32,000 nt of DNA, taken from the NCBI GenBank assembly GCA_041395025.1, contig JAWLBH010000001.1:1020001-1052000 (forward strand), given 5' to 3'. How positions within the stretch are numbered: position 1 is the first letter of the stretch; each line of letters opens with the position of its first letter. Under the pieces are notes generated by a model. It was not told the origin of the DNA. It made no database searches and saw only the letters and a program-made list of their open reading frames with translations. This DNA is from Chlamydiales bacterium (lineage in GTDB: Bacteria; Chlamydiota; Chlamydiia; Chlamydiales; JAAKFR01). The position numbers were made by a program, and so were the translations under genes. This document shows, piece after piece, positions 24,018 through 32,000 of this stretch.

Positions 24018-27000
24018 CTAGTTGTAGGGAAAGTTTTCTTTAAGTTTTGCTAAGAGCATATTTTCGACCTCCTGAGGTTGATGTGGATAGTGAAAGATGA
24101 GTTTTTTTGTAATTTTTTTCTGTTTACCATGAATTTGTTCAGCAACAAGAAGAGATTTGGTAAGTTTAATAAAAGTAAAATGATTTTGAGCCGCAAAGAT
24201 GCGTATCCGACTTAAACACCGAAGCCAACTGACTTCTATTGGAGGAGATCCAAAACGGTCATGAAGCTCTTCAATGATTAAGTCAACTTCTTCCTCATCT
24301 TCTACATCCCCTAAACGTTGATAGATTTCCATACGTAGTGAAATTTCATTAACATAATTTTCTGGTAAGCGTGCATTGAAAGGAAATTCAATTTTGACTT
24401 CATGGTAAAAGAGCGGTGAGGTCTTTTTTTCTAAAGAAGCAATGGTTTTTTTTAATAACTTACAGTAAAGCTGAAAGCCGATAGCTGCGACATGTCCTGA
24501 TTGCTCCGTGCCAAGGATGTTTCCTGCTCCACGAATTTCTAGGTCATGCATAGCAACTTTCATTCCATTCCCTCCTTCTGTCAGGGCAGAAAGACGTTTA
24601 AGAGAGATCTCACTTAATTCCTTTTGATCAGGTACCATAAAGTAACAATATGCCTTGCGATTCCATCGCCCAACTCGGCCACGCATTTGATAAAGATCAG
24701 CTAAGCCAAATCTATCTGCTCGATCTATCAAAATTGTGTTGGCTTTAGGAATATCGATCCCATTTTCAATAATTGAGGTCGCGACTAGAATATCAGCATT
24801 GCCAGACTTAAAGTGATGAAATACAGTGTCAAGCTGCTGAGCACTCATCTTTCCATGACCAACAATAATTTTTGCATTAGGAACAAGCTGACGAATTCGG
24901 TCAGCTATTTTGTAGATGGAATCGATACGGTTATGAATAACATAGGCTTGTCCATTGCGTGCAATCTCTCTCATTAGGGCATGCTTAATTAATTCATCGG
25001 AATGGGTACAAATCATCGATTGAATTGGTAGACGATCTTCAGGTGGGGTGTTGATCACTGAAAGATCACGTGCACCAACTAAAGACATATAGAGTGTGCG
25101 TGGAATAGGAGTAGCTGAAAGAGCAAGACAATCTACTTCTTTACGCATTTTCTTTAGATGTTCTTTTATACGAACACCAAATCGCTGCTCTTCATCAATG
25201 ATCAATAGACCTAAATTTTTAAAATTTACATCACTACTTGCAATGCGATGAGTGCCAATTAGGATGTCAATCATCCCTTTTTGTACCGCATTCAATGTCT
25301 CTTTGATCTCTTTAGGTTTCTGGAAACGAGAGAGCATCCCAATTTTAATTGGAAAATTTGCCATTCTCTCAGAAAAAGTTTCAAAATGCTGAAGAGCAAG
25401 CATAGTCGTAGGAACTAAAATAGCCACTTGTCGCCCTCCATCGACTACCACTTTAAATGCGATCCGCATGGCAATTTCCGTTTTTCCATACCCTACATCC
25501 CCACAGATGAGACGATCAATTGATTGGTTGGCTTGCATGTCGTGGGAGATCTGTTGAATAGTCAGTAATTGATCTGGTGTTTCTTGATAGGGGAAATCCT
25601 CCCCAAATTGTATGACAAGTTCGCTATCAGCAGGATAGACAAATCCTCCTTTGATGACTCGTTCAGCCTGGAGTTTTAATAAATCTTCCGCATATCCGAT
25701 AATGGCTTGTTGGGTACGCTCGCGGACGCGTTGCCATCGACTATTTCCAAGCGTATGTAGTTCAGGAGGAGCATCAGTAGGGCCAATATAATGAGAGATA
25801 AGGTTGGCATTTTCCATTGGAACATACAGTTTTCCTCCTTGAGCATATTCAATGAGCATATATTCAGTCTCAATGCCCAAATGATTTGGCCGTTTTTCAA
25901 TTCCTAAATAACGGCCAATCCCATTATTCATATGGACAACCGCTTCTCCTGGATTTAAAATAGAGGTTTCAATGGGATCCGTATGGTAATGGGTACGTTG
26001 TTTTTGACGACGCAGTTTGTAGCGATGAGTCAATTCTGCCATTGGCACAAGAGCCAATAAAGGTTCATTTAGAGTAAAACCAGAGGAAAGATACCCTTGC
26101 ATATACTCCCCACTGAGGCCAGCAGCTTGCATTTTATTCATAAGGGATTGTTTTTCTGATACAGTTTGGTAAAGACAAAGAATATGTGTAAAATCGGTGA
26201 GATATAGGAGAGGATCTTCTTGATTAAGAGGAGAAAAAGGGTGGACCCATCTTTGAGCAGTTAACTGTTGATTAAAAAATTCAAATTGGCATTGATTTGA
26301 TGCTAAATGTGTGATATGGGTGATTTTCTCGATGGGATTTGCTGTGAAATATATTCTAGGTTGTAAGGGAAAATCCTCTAATGAAGCAAATAGCTTTCTT
26401 TGCATCCCTAATGTCTTTTTGCTGAGGCTTTGCAAAGAGATATACTTATCTTCCAGTTCTTCGACCTTATCAAAGATGAGAATTACATTGGGTCCTAAGT
26501 AATCAAACAGTGTTGCAAGCTCTTTTTCTTGTGATAATAATTGGAGTTCTTCACCTGGTGTGACTAGGATTTCATCAACTTTACTGATAGAGGTTTGGCT
26601 GATTGGATTATATTTGCGAATTGAGACAATTTCATCATCCCAAAATTCAATCCGAAAAGGATCAGGGGAGTTGACTGGAAAGAGATCAACAATTCCCCCA
26701 CGTACAGCAAATTCTCCCTTATCAGCCGCAATAGAAGATTGATGATATCCCATTTCTACAAGATGTTCGGGGAGGAGATCAAAAGGAACTTTGTTTCCCT
26801 TTTTTAAGATTAGATGCAGTCTATCAAGACGATAGGGAGGAATGAGTTTCTGAAGAATAGCATGGAAATTCGTGAGGATGATTTGGGGAGATTTGCTTTC
26901 TTGAATGAGACGCAAGATACGATAACGCTCTCCAACAATATCAGGACTCGGAGGAGCCTCCTCTGAAGGTAGGGATTCCCAGGCAGGAAATTCAAGTGGA

Positions 27001-27212
27001 GTTTGGTCAGAGAAATAGGAAATGTTATCAAAAAGATGATCATTATGTGTAAGAATGACAAGGTGTTTATTAGAGTGTTGCTGTGCTAAGGCAATAAGGA
27101 GAGCTTTGGGCCCTTCCCAGATTTGTTCAATAATCACACTCTCTGCTGCTTGAATCTGTTGGCAAAATGTTTGCAGTTTAGGGTTTGTTAAGTAATTTTC
27201 CGTTCGAGCCAT
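24018..27212 (-). CDS. mfd: Transcription-repair coupling factor
   Basis: 1064 aa. UvrB-homology N-terminus, CarD/RID-like region (GEAVVHMNNGIGRYLG), SF2 helicase motifs GDVGYGKTE, DEEQRFG, LSATPIPRT and QMRGRVGR, then the TRG/C-terminal domain. Confidence 0.92.
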   Translation of the reverse strand: MARTENYLTNPKLQTFCQQIQAAESVIIEQIWEGPKALLIALAQQHSNKHLVILTHNDHLFDNISYFSDQTPLEFPAWESLPSEEAPPSPDIVGERYRILRLIQESKSPQIILTNFHAILQKLIPPYRLDRLHLILKKGNKVPFDLLPEHLVEMGYHQSSIAADKGEFAVRGGIVDLFPVNSPDPFRIEFWDDEIVSIRKYNPISQTSISKVDEILVTPGEELQLLSQEKELATLFDYLGPNVILIFDKVEELEDKYISLQSLSKKTLGMQRKLFASLEDFPLQPRIYFTANPIEKITHITHLASNQCQFEFFNQQLTAQRWVHPFSPLNQEDPLLYLTDFTHILCLYQTVSEKQSLMNKMQAAGLSGEYMQGYLSSGFTLNEPLLALVPMAELTHRYKLRRQKQRTHYHTDPIETSILNPGEAVVHMNNGIGRYLGIEKRPNHLGIETEYMLIEYAQGGKLYVPMENANLISHYIGPTDAPPELHTLGNSRWQRVRERTQQAIIGYAEDLLKLQAERVIKGGFVYPADSELVIQFGEDFPYQETPDQLLTIQQISHDMQANQSIDRLICGDVGYGKTEIAMRIAFKVVVDGGRQVAILVPTTMLALQHFETFSERMANFPIKIGMLSRFQKPKEIKETLNAVQKGMIDILIGTHRIASSDVNFKNLGLLIIDEEQRFGVRIKEHLKKMRKEVDCLALSATPIPRTLYMSLVGARDLSVINTPPEDRLPIQSMICTHSDELIKHALMREIARNGQAYVIHNRIDSIYKIADRIRQLVPNAKIIVGHGKMSAQQLDTVFHHFKSGNADILVATSIIENGIDIPKANTILIDRADRFGLADLYQMRGRVGRWNRKAYCYFMVPDQKELSEISLKRLSALTEGGNGMKVAMHDLEIRGAGNILGTEQSGHVAAIGFQLYCKLLKKTIASLEKKTSPLFYHEVKIEFPFNARLPENYVNEISLRMEIYQRLGDVEDEEEVDLIIEELHDRFGSPPIEVSWLRCLSRIRIFAAQNHFTFIKLTKSLLVAEQIHGKQKKITKKLIFHYPHQPQEVENMLLAKLKENFPYN

Positions 27213-29815
27213 TGATATGCTATTTTGAATACTTCAGAGATGTTTTCTATTTTTGTCCCACTGCCTTGTGCTTTTTCAGCTTTTCCTCCTCCTTTTCCAT
27301 TGAGTAAAGGGAGGATTTCTTTTATTAACTCATTAGCATGTATTTTTCTTAGAATTAGTTCCTTAGAAACTCGAATTAAAAGAGAGCATTTCTCTTTTTG
27401 TTTGCCAATAAGGACTAAGAGTAGTGAAGGTTGTTTTTTCATTAAGATATCAGCGTATTGGTTTAGTTCTTCAGTGTTGAACTCATTTGCATGAGCTAAG
27501 AAAAAGGCATGATCCAATTTTTTCATCTCTTTCATCAAGGTTTCGGCTTCCATTGTAAATAGTTTGAGTTTAAGTTGGATGAAATTCTGATGTAAGTTCT
27601 GATTCTCAGTAAGAATCTGATGAATACGTAATCCAAGCTGTTTAGATTGTACATGAAGTATGCCACTAATTTCGTGAATCCATTCCTCATATTGTCGAGA
27701 TAAGGCTTGAGCTTCTAGACCAGTGGCAGCTTCAATCCGCCTCACTCCTGCAGAGATACTGCTTTCTTTTACAATGCGAAAATACCCAATATTCCCCAAT
27801 CGAGAAGTATGTGTTCCTCCGCATAACTCTTTGGAAAAATCGATATCTACTACACGGACAGTAGATCCATATTTTTCACTAAAAATCTGTTTAAATTCTT
27901 TCTTGTTTTCTATTTCGCTGTAGGGCACTTCGTAACACGTTACAGGAAGATTTTCTCGAATTTTCTGATTTATCAGATCTTCAATAAGAGAGATCTCTTT
28001 TTTTGAAAGTGGTGTGTGATGATGATAATCAAAACGCAATCGCTCTGGTTCAACAACTGAGCCTGCCTGTTGAACATGGGGGCCAAGAAACTCTTGTAAG
28101 GCCCAATGAAGAAGGTGAGTGGCTGTATGGTTATTCGCAATTTTTTGTCGTCTTTCAGAATCGATGATAGCTTCTACAGGGTCTCCGACTTGTATAATTC
28201 CCTCTTTTACATATCCATAATGGGCAATAATTCCGGGATAGGGAGTTTGACAATCATTGACAATGAAGTGGCTATGGCCATTGACGATCAATCCATGATC
28301 TCCAACTTGTCCTCCTTTTTCTGGATAAAAAGGCGTTTGATTTAGCAAAATGCATCCTGTATCACCAACATTAAGAGAAGCAGTTTCGCTTCCCTCACGG
28401 AGAATTCCACTAATAACACTCTGTAAGGTTAGTGCTGAGTAGCCAAAGAATTCACAGGGAGGGTGTTTTTTAAGGTACTCTTTAAAGATGGGTTCTTCAG
28501 ATTCCTGCTCTCTCGTTTTTTGAACGGTCCGAGATCGTATTCTTGCTTCTTCTTCTAGTTCCTTAAATCGTTGAATATCGACAGGAAGATGCATATCTTT
28601 TGCTAATAAGATTAATTCCTCTAAGGGAAAGCCATAGGTATCTTTCAGTTTGAAAGCATCATCTCCTGAAATGTTTCCCAATTTTTTTGATTGATCAATC
28701 ACTTGATAGAAGAGGTTACCTCCTCTTTTTAGTGTATCTAAAAATTTCTCTTCTTCTAAGTTTAAATTTTCTTGAATTTTAACTTCAGCTGCTTTCAGTT
28801 CAGGGAAATCCTGACCCATCATTTTGATTAAACGTGGCACCAAATGACTAAGAAAAGGCTTATTTAGTCCTATTTGTCGGCCATAACGTACAGCGCGACG
28901 CAGAATCTTACGTAGAACGTAGCCTCGCTCAGTATTACTTGGTTGAGCGCCATCAGCGATGGCAAATGCAAGAGATCGAATATGGTCAGCAATCACTCGA
29001 AATGCTGAGGCTAAATTAGAGCAAAAGTCATATGTTTGGCCTGAGATATTTTCTATCTCTGCGATTAAGGAGCGGAGAATATCGGTTTCAAAAAGAGACT
29101 CCTTTTCTATTTTTAGAGAAACAACCCTCTCTAATCCAGCTCCAGTATCAATAGATTTTTTTGGCAGAGGCTCCATCTTTCCAGAACTATTCCGATTGAA
29201 TTCCATAAAGACGAGATTCCAAAATTCTATAAAACGATTCCCCTCGGGATCTTCGGCTGGGTTACGTGCCGCTCCAAAACGAGGTCCACGATCGAAATAG
29301 AGTTCGGAACAGGGACCACAAGGTCCACTATCTCCCATCGACCAAAAATTCTCTTTAGTTCCCATAGGGATAATGCGTAGTTCGGGGAGATAGCTCTTCC
29401 AAAGTTCAAAGGATTCTACGTCTTCATTGAAAACTGTTGCCCATAGATTTTTTGGATTATAGTCGAAGATACCAAGGGAAACTTCCCAAGCATAGGCAAT
29501 TGCTTCTTTTTTAAAATATTCTCCGAATGAGAAATTCCCTAACATCTCAAAAAAAGTGAGATGGCGATTTGTATGACCAACATTTTCTAAATCGTTATGC
29601 TTGCCTCCCACTCGAATACATTTTTGCGAAGAAGTCGCTGTTTTATCATCATGCACCCCTTTGTCTAAAAAAATCTCCTTAAACTGATTCATTCCTGCAT
29701 TGGTAAAGAGGAGAGTAGGATCATTATAGGGAACAACAGATGAAGAAGGGAAAAGAGTATGTCCTTTATTTTTAAAGTATTGAAGAAAACGATTACGGAG
29801 TTCTTGGCTAATCAT
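27188..29815 (-). CDS. alaS: Alanine--tRNA ligase
   Basis: 875 aa. FTNAGMNQFK, HLTFFEMLGNFSFGEYFK, the editing-domain HTATHLLH...CGGTH, and a C-terminal DHHA1-like domain (GGGKAEKAQGSG). Confidence 0.93.
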   Translation of the reverse strand: MISQELRNRFLQYFKNKGHTLFPSSSVVPYNDPTLLFTNAGMNQFKEIFLDKGVHDDKTATSSQKCIRVGGKHNDLENVGHTNRHLTFFEMLGNFSFGEYFKKEAIAYAWEVSLGIFDYNPKNLWATVFNEDVESFELWKSYLPELRIIPMGTKENFWSMGDSGPCGPCSELYFDRGPRFGAARNPAEDPEGNRFIEFWNLVFMEFNRNSSGKMEPLPKKSIDTGAGLERVVSLKIEKESLFETDILRSLIAEIENISGQTYDFCSNLASAFRVIADHIRSLAFAIADGAQPSNTERGYVLRKILRRAVRYGRQIGLNKPFLSHLVPRLIKMMGQDFPELKAAEVKIQENLNLEEEKFLDTLKRGGNLFYQVIDQSKKLGNISGDDAFKLKDTYGFPLEELILLAKDMHLPVDIQRFKELEEEARIRSRTVQKTREQESEEPIFKEYLKKHPPCEFFGYSALTLQSVISGILREGSETASLNVGDTGCILLNQTPFYPEKGGQVGDHGLIVNGHSHFIVNDCQTPYPGIIAHYGYVKEGIIQVGDPVEAIIDSERRQKIANNHTATHLLHWALQEFLGPHVQQAGSVVEPERLRFDYHHHTPLSKKEISLIEDLINQKIRENLPVTCYEVPYSEIENKKEFKQIFSEKYGSTVRVVDIDFSKELCGGTHTSRLGNIGYFRIVKESSISAGVRRIEAATGLEAQALSRQYEEWIHEISGILHVQSKQLGLRIHQILTENQNLHQNFIQLKLKLFTMEAETLMKEMKKLDHAFFLAHANEFNTEELNQYADILMKKQPSLLLVLIGKQKEKCSLLIRVSKELILRKIHANELIKEILPLLNGKGGGKAEKAQGSGTKIENISEVFKIAYQWLERKIT

Positions 29816-30027
29816 AATTCTCTACCATTCTAAGCTTTTATTCTGCATTTTGTAGATTTTGTTGGTTTCTTAACTTTAAAGACTCTGATCTCTTTAAAAA
29901 AGTTTTCTCTTTACACACATTTTGAATCGAGACAAAAAATCTGGAGATAAGAATAAAGGAAGTAGAGTAGCATGCACTTGAGATTTTTTCTATTCTCACG
30001 TTAGACTCTTTTCTTTTTGATACATGT

Positions 30028-32000
30028 ATGGTGGAAAAAATGGATGATAGAGGATTAGACTTAGAACAAAAAAAAATTTTAGGTAAGATAGCAAATGCCA
30101 TTAGGGATCTTTCAATAGATGGCGTACAAAAAGCCAATTCAGGACATCCAGGACTTCCACTTGGATGTGCGGAAATTGGGGCCTATCTTTATGGATTTGC
30201 ACTTCAACATAATCCAAAAAATTCGAAATGGCTGAATCGTGATAGGGTTGTGCTTTCTCCTGGTCATGGTTCAATGTGGTTATACTCCTGTCTCCACTTA
30301 GCAGGTTTTGACCTTTCTTTAGAAGAAATTAAAAATTTTCGTCAATTACATTCAAAAACTCCTGGACATCCGGAATTTCATCAAACAGATGGAGTAGAAG
30401 CAACGACAGGTCCTTTGGGACAAGGGACGGGAAATGCCGTAGGTATGGCATTAGCTCAAAAGATTTTTGCTGCTAAATTTAATACTGCAGAGCATACCTT
30501 GTTTGATTCTAAAATATTTTGTTTATGTAGTGATGGGGATATGATGGAAGGGGTTAGTCATGAAGTATGTACACTTGCAGGACACCTAAAATTAAACAAT
30601 CTAATTTTCATATATGATGCGAATAACATCACTCTTGATGGCCCTCTTTCTGATTGCATGTCTGAAGATGTGCTTAGTCGCTTTCGAGCTTACAAATGGG
30701 ATGTTTATCAGCTAGATGGACATAGTTTTGATGAATTAAATAAAGTCATTTCAACTATCCGAAAATCTCAAGACAGACCTGTGTTTATTTTAGCTTCTAC
30801 TGTGATCGGGAAGGGCTCTCCCAAGAAAGAGGGCACAAGCAGTGTTCATGGTGCTCCCCTTGGCCTTGAAGAGGTAGAAGCAACGAAAAAAAATCTAGGA
30901 CTTCCTAATGAACTCTTCTACATACCTAAATCTATTGAAACCTATTTTGAAGATAGACTGAATATTCAGAAAAAGCTAGAAGCCGATTGGAATGAAACTT
31001 TTCGTCTTTGGGCTAAAGCAAACCCTGATCTCTACAAAGTGTGGCAAGAGATGGTCGAGAAAAAACTTCCTAAGAACCTAGAGGATATCTTATGGAATAT
31101 TAAAGTTGATCTCTCCATCTCTGGTCGCAAAGCATCCAATCTCGTAGTGAATGAGCTTGCTAACTATTTGCCTCATCTCTATGGAGGGTCAGCTGATCTT
31201 TCATGTTCTGATTTAACTCTGCTGAAAGATTTTTCTACTATCGATGCAGGAAATTTTACAGGACGTAATATTAAATATGGAGTTAGAGAATTTGGGATGG
31301 GGACCATTGCAAATGGCTTGGCTTATACCGCCATGATTACTCCTTTTATTGGAACTTTTTTGGCTTTTTCTGACTATTTACGCAATTCAATCCGTCTTGC
31401 AGCTATGTCAAAATTGCACGTCATTTATCAATTCACTCATGACTCGATTTTCTTGGGTGAAGACGGACCGACCCATCAACCGATTGAACATTATGCCGCT
31501 TTACGAGCGATTCCTCACCTTTATGTCATTCGGCCAGGAGATGCTAATGAAGTCAAAATGGCTTGGTTAGCTGCTTTAAGATTGAAGTTACCTACAGCCA
31601 TTCTTCTTTCTCGTCAATCCTTACCGACACTTGAAGAAACGAAAATTCCATATGATCAAGGTTTAGGGCGCGGAGCCTATATCGTTAGGAAAGAAAATCT
31701 TCAACCAGATTATACGCTATTTGCGACTGGTTCTGAATTGCATATTGCATTAGAGGTCTCTGAAGAGTTGGTCAAGCGTGGAAAAGATGTGAGGGTAGTT
31801 TCCATGCCTTGTTGGGAGTTGTTTGATCTACAAGATTCTGTTTACATAGATTCAATTATTGGAGGAAATCTTGGGATGCGTGTGAGTATTGAAGCGGGAG
31901 TAGATTTAGGATGGCAAAAATTTATTGGTCTAGAGGGGATTGCAATTTGTATGGAGAGTTATGGAACATCAGCTCCAGCTGCAACATTAAGTGAAGAGTT
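30028..32000 (+). CDS. tkt: Transketolase (3'-partial; runs off the window end; absent from the ORF track for that reason)
   Basis: Own translation from ATG 30028 (or ATG 30040): ...IANAIRDLSIDGVQKANSGHPGLPLG..., DRVVLSPGHGSMWLYS, KTPGHPE, TTGPLGQG, CSDGDMMEGVSHE...AGHLKLNNLIFIYDANNITLDG. It stays open to 32000, ending ...YGTSAPAATLSEEF. Confidence 0.9.
   Translation, partial: MVEKMDDRGLDLEQKKILGKIANAIRDLSIDGVQKANSGHPGLPLGCAEIGAYLYGFALQHNPKNSKWLNRDRVVLSPGHGSMWLYSCLHLAGFDLSLEEIKNFRQLHSKTPGHPEFHQTDGVEATTGPLGQGTGNAVGMALAQKIFAAKFNTAEHTLFDSKIFCLCSDGDMMEGVSHEVCTLAGHLKLNNLIFIYDANNITLDGPLSDCMSEDVLSRFRAYKWDVYQLDGHSFDELNKVISTIRKSQDRPVFILASTVIGKGSPKKEGTSSVHGAPLGLEEVEATKKNLGLPNELFYIPKSIETYFEDRLNIQKKLEADWNETFRLWAKANPDLYKVWQEMVEKKLPKNLEDILWNIKVDLSISGRKASNLVVNELANYLPHLYGGSADLSCSDLTLLKDFSTIDAGNFTGRNIKYGVREFGMGTIANGLAYTAMITPFIGTFLAFSDYLRNSIRLAAMSKLHVIYQFTHDSIFLGEDGPTHQPIEHYAALRAIPHLYVIRPGDANEVKMAWLAALRLKLPTAILLSRQSLPTLEETKIPYDQGLGRGAYIVRKENLQPDYTLFATGSELHIALEVSEELVKRGKDVRVVSMPCWELFDLQDSVYIDSIIGGNLGMRVSIEAGVDLGWQKFIGLEGIAICMESYGTSAPAATLSEE

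Noticed and set aside
30068-30076. A9 tract at the start of tkt and other 7-9 nt homopolymers (e.g. T8 at 5189-5196)
   Set aside because: Homopolymers of this size are frequent throughout this AT-rich sequence, including in essential genes. This argues against a specific phase-variation role at these sites.
29838-30137. 99-aa minus-strand ORF spanning the alaS-tkt divergent promoter region and the tkt start (also 31349-31570 plus inside tkt)
   Set aside because: It overlaps the well-supported transketolase reading frame, and its remaining sequence is intergenic with low complexity.
1-32000. CRISPR arrays, tRNA genes, transposases or integrases, prophage or toxin-antitoxin modules
   Set aside because: Reading both strands, I saw no regularly spaced direct repeats, no tRNA-like T-arm/acceptor patterns outside rRNA, and no ORF with recombinase, transposase or phage motifs.

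Overview
The window comes from an AT-rich genome of the phylum Chlamydiae. Evidence is a clear chlamydial histone Hc1 gene (hctA), an orphan nqrF, and the chain hemY(hemG)-hemN-hemE-mfd-alaS divergent from tkt. From memory (not checked), Chlamydia genomes have that same gene order. I cannot assign genus or family by eye. Layout: (i) 1-682 is the 3' end of an rRNA operon (23S tail, 5S, intrinsic terminator). (ii) 753-10133 is a block with no housekeeping content. It holds Inc-like and other membrane proteins, a compact five-gene cytoplasmic glycosyltransferase cluster (GT4, TagF-like CDP-alcohol phosphotransferase, GT2 and two CgeB/DUF3880-like paralogs), and three tandem paralogous small membrane-protein genes. 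(iii) 10219-32000 is core genome: a secreted TPR protein, hctA, yajC, htpG, nqrF, an MFS transporter, an HI0933-type flavoprotein, the heme genes, mfd, alaS and tkt (which runs off the window end). The best candidates for something undescribed are the glycosyltransferase/TagF-like cluster, which has no export or sugar-activation genes in a phylum not known for teichoic-acid-like or capsular polymers, and the adjacent paralog triplet. In that triplet, nucleotide conservation is confined to the gene ends, and a 23-bp perfect palindrome buries the third copy's ribosome-binding site and start codon. I saw no CRISPR array, tRNA, transposase or integrase. All family assignments come from motifs read by eye and recalled from memory; no searches were run.
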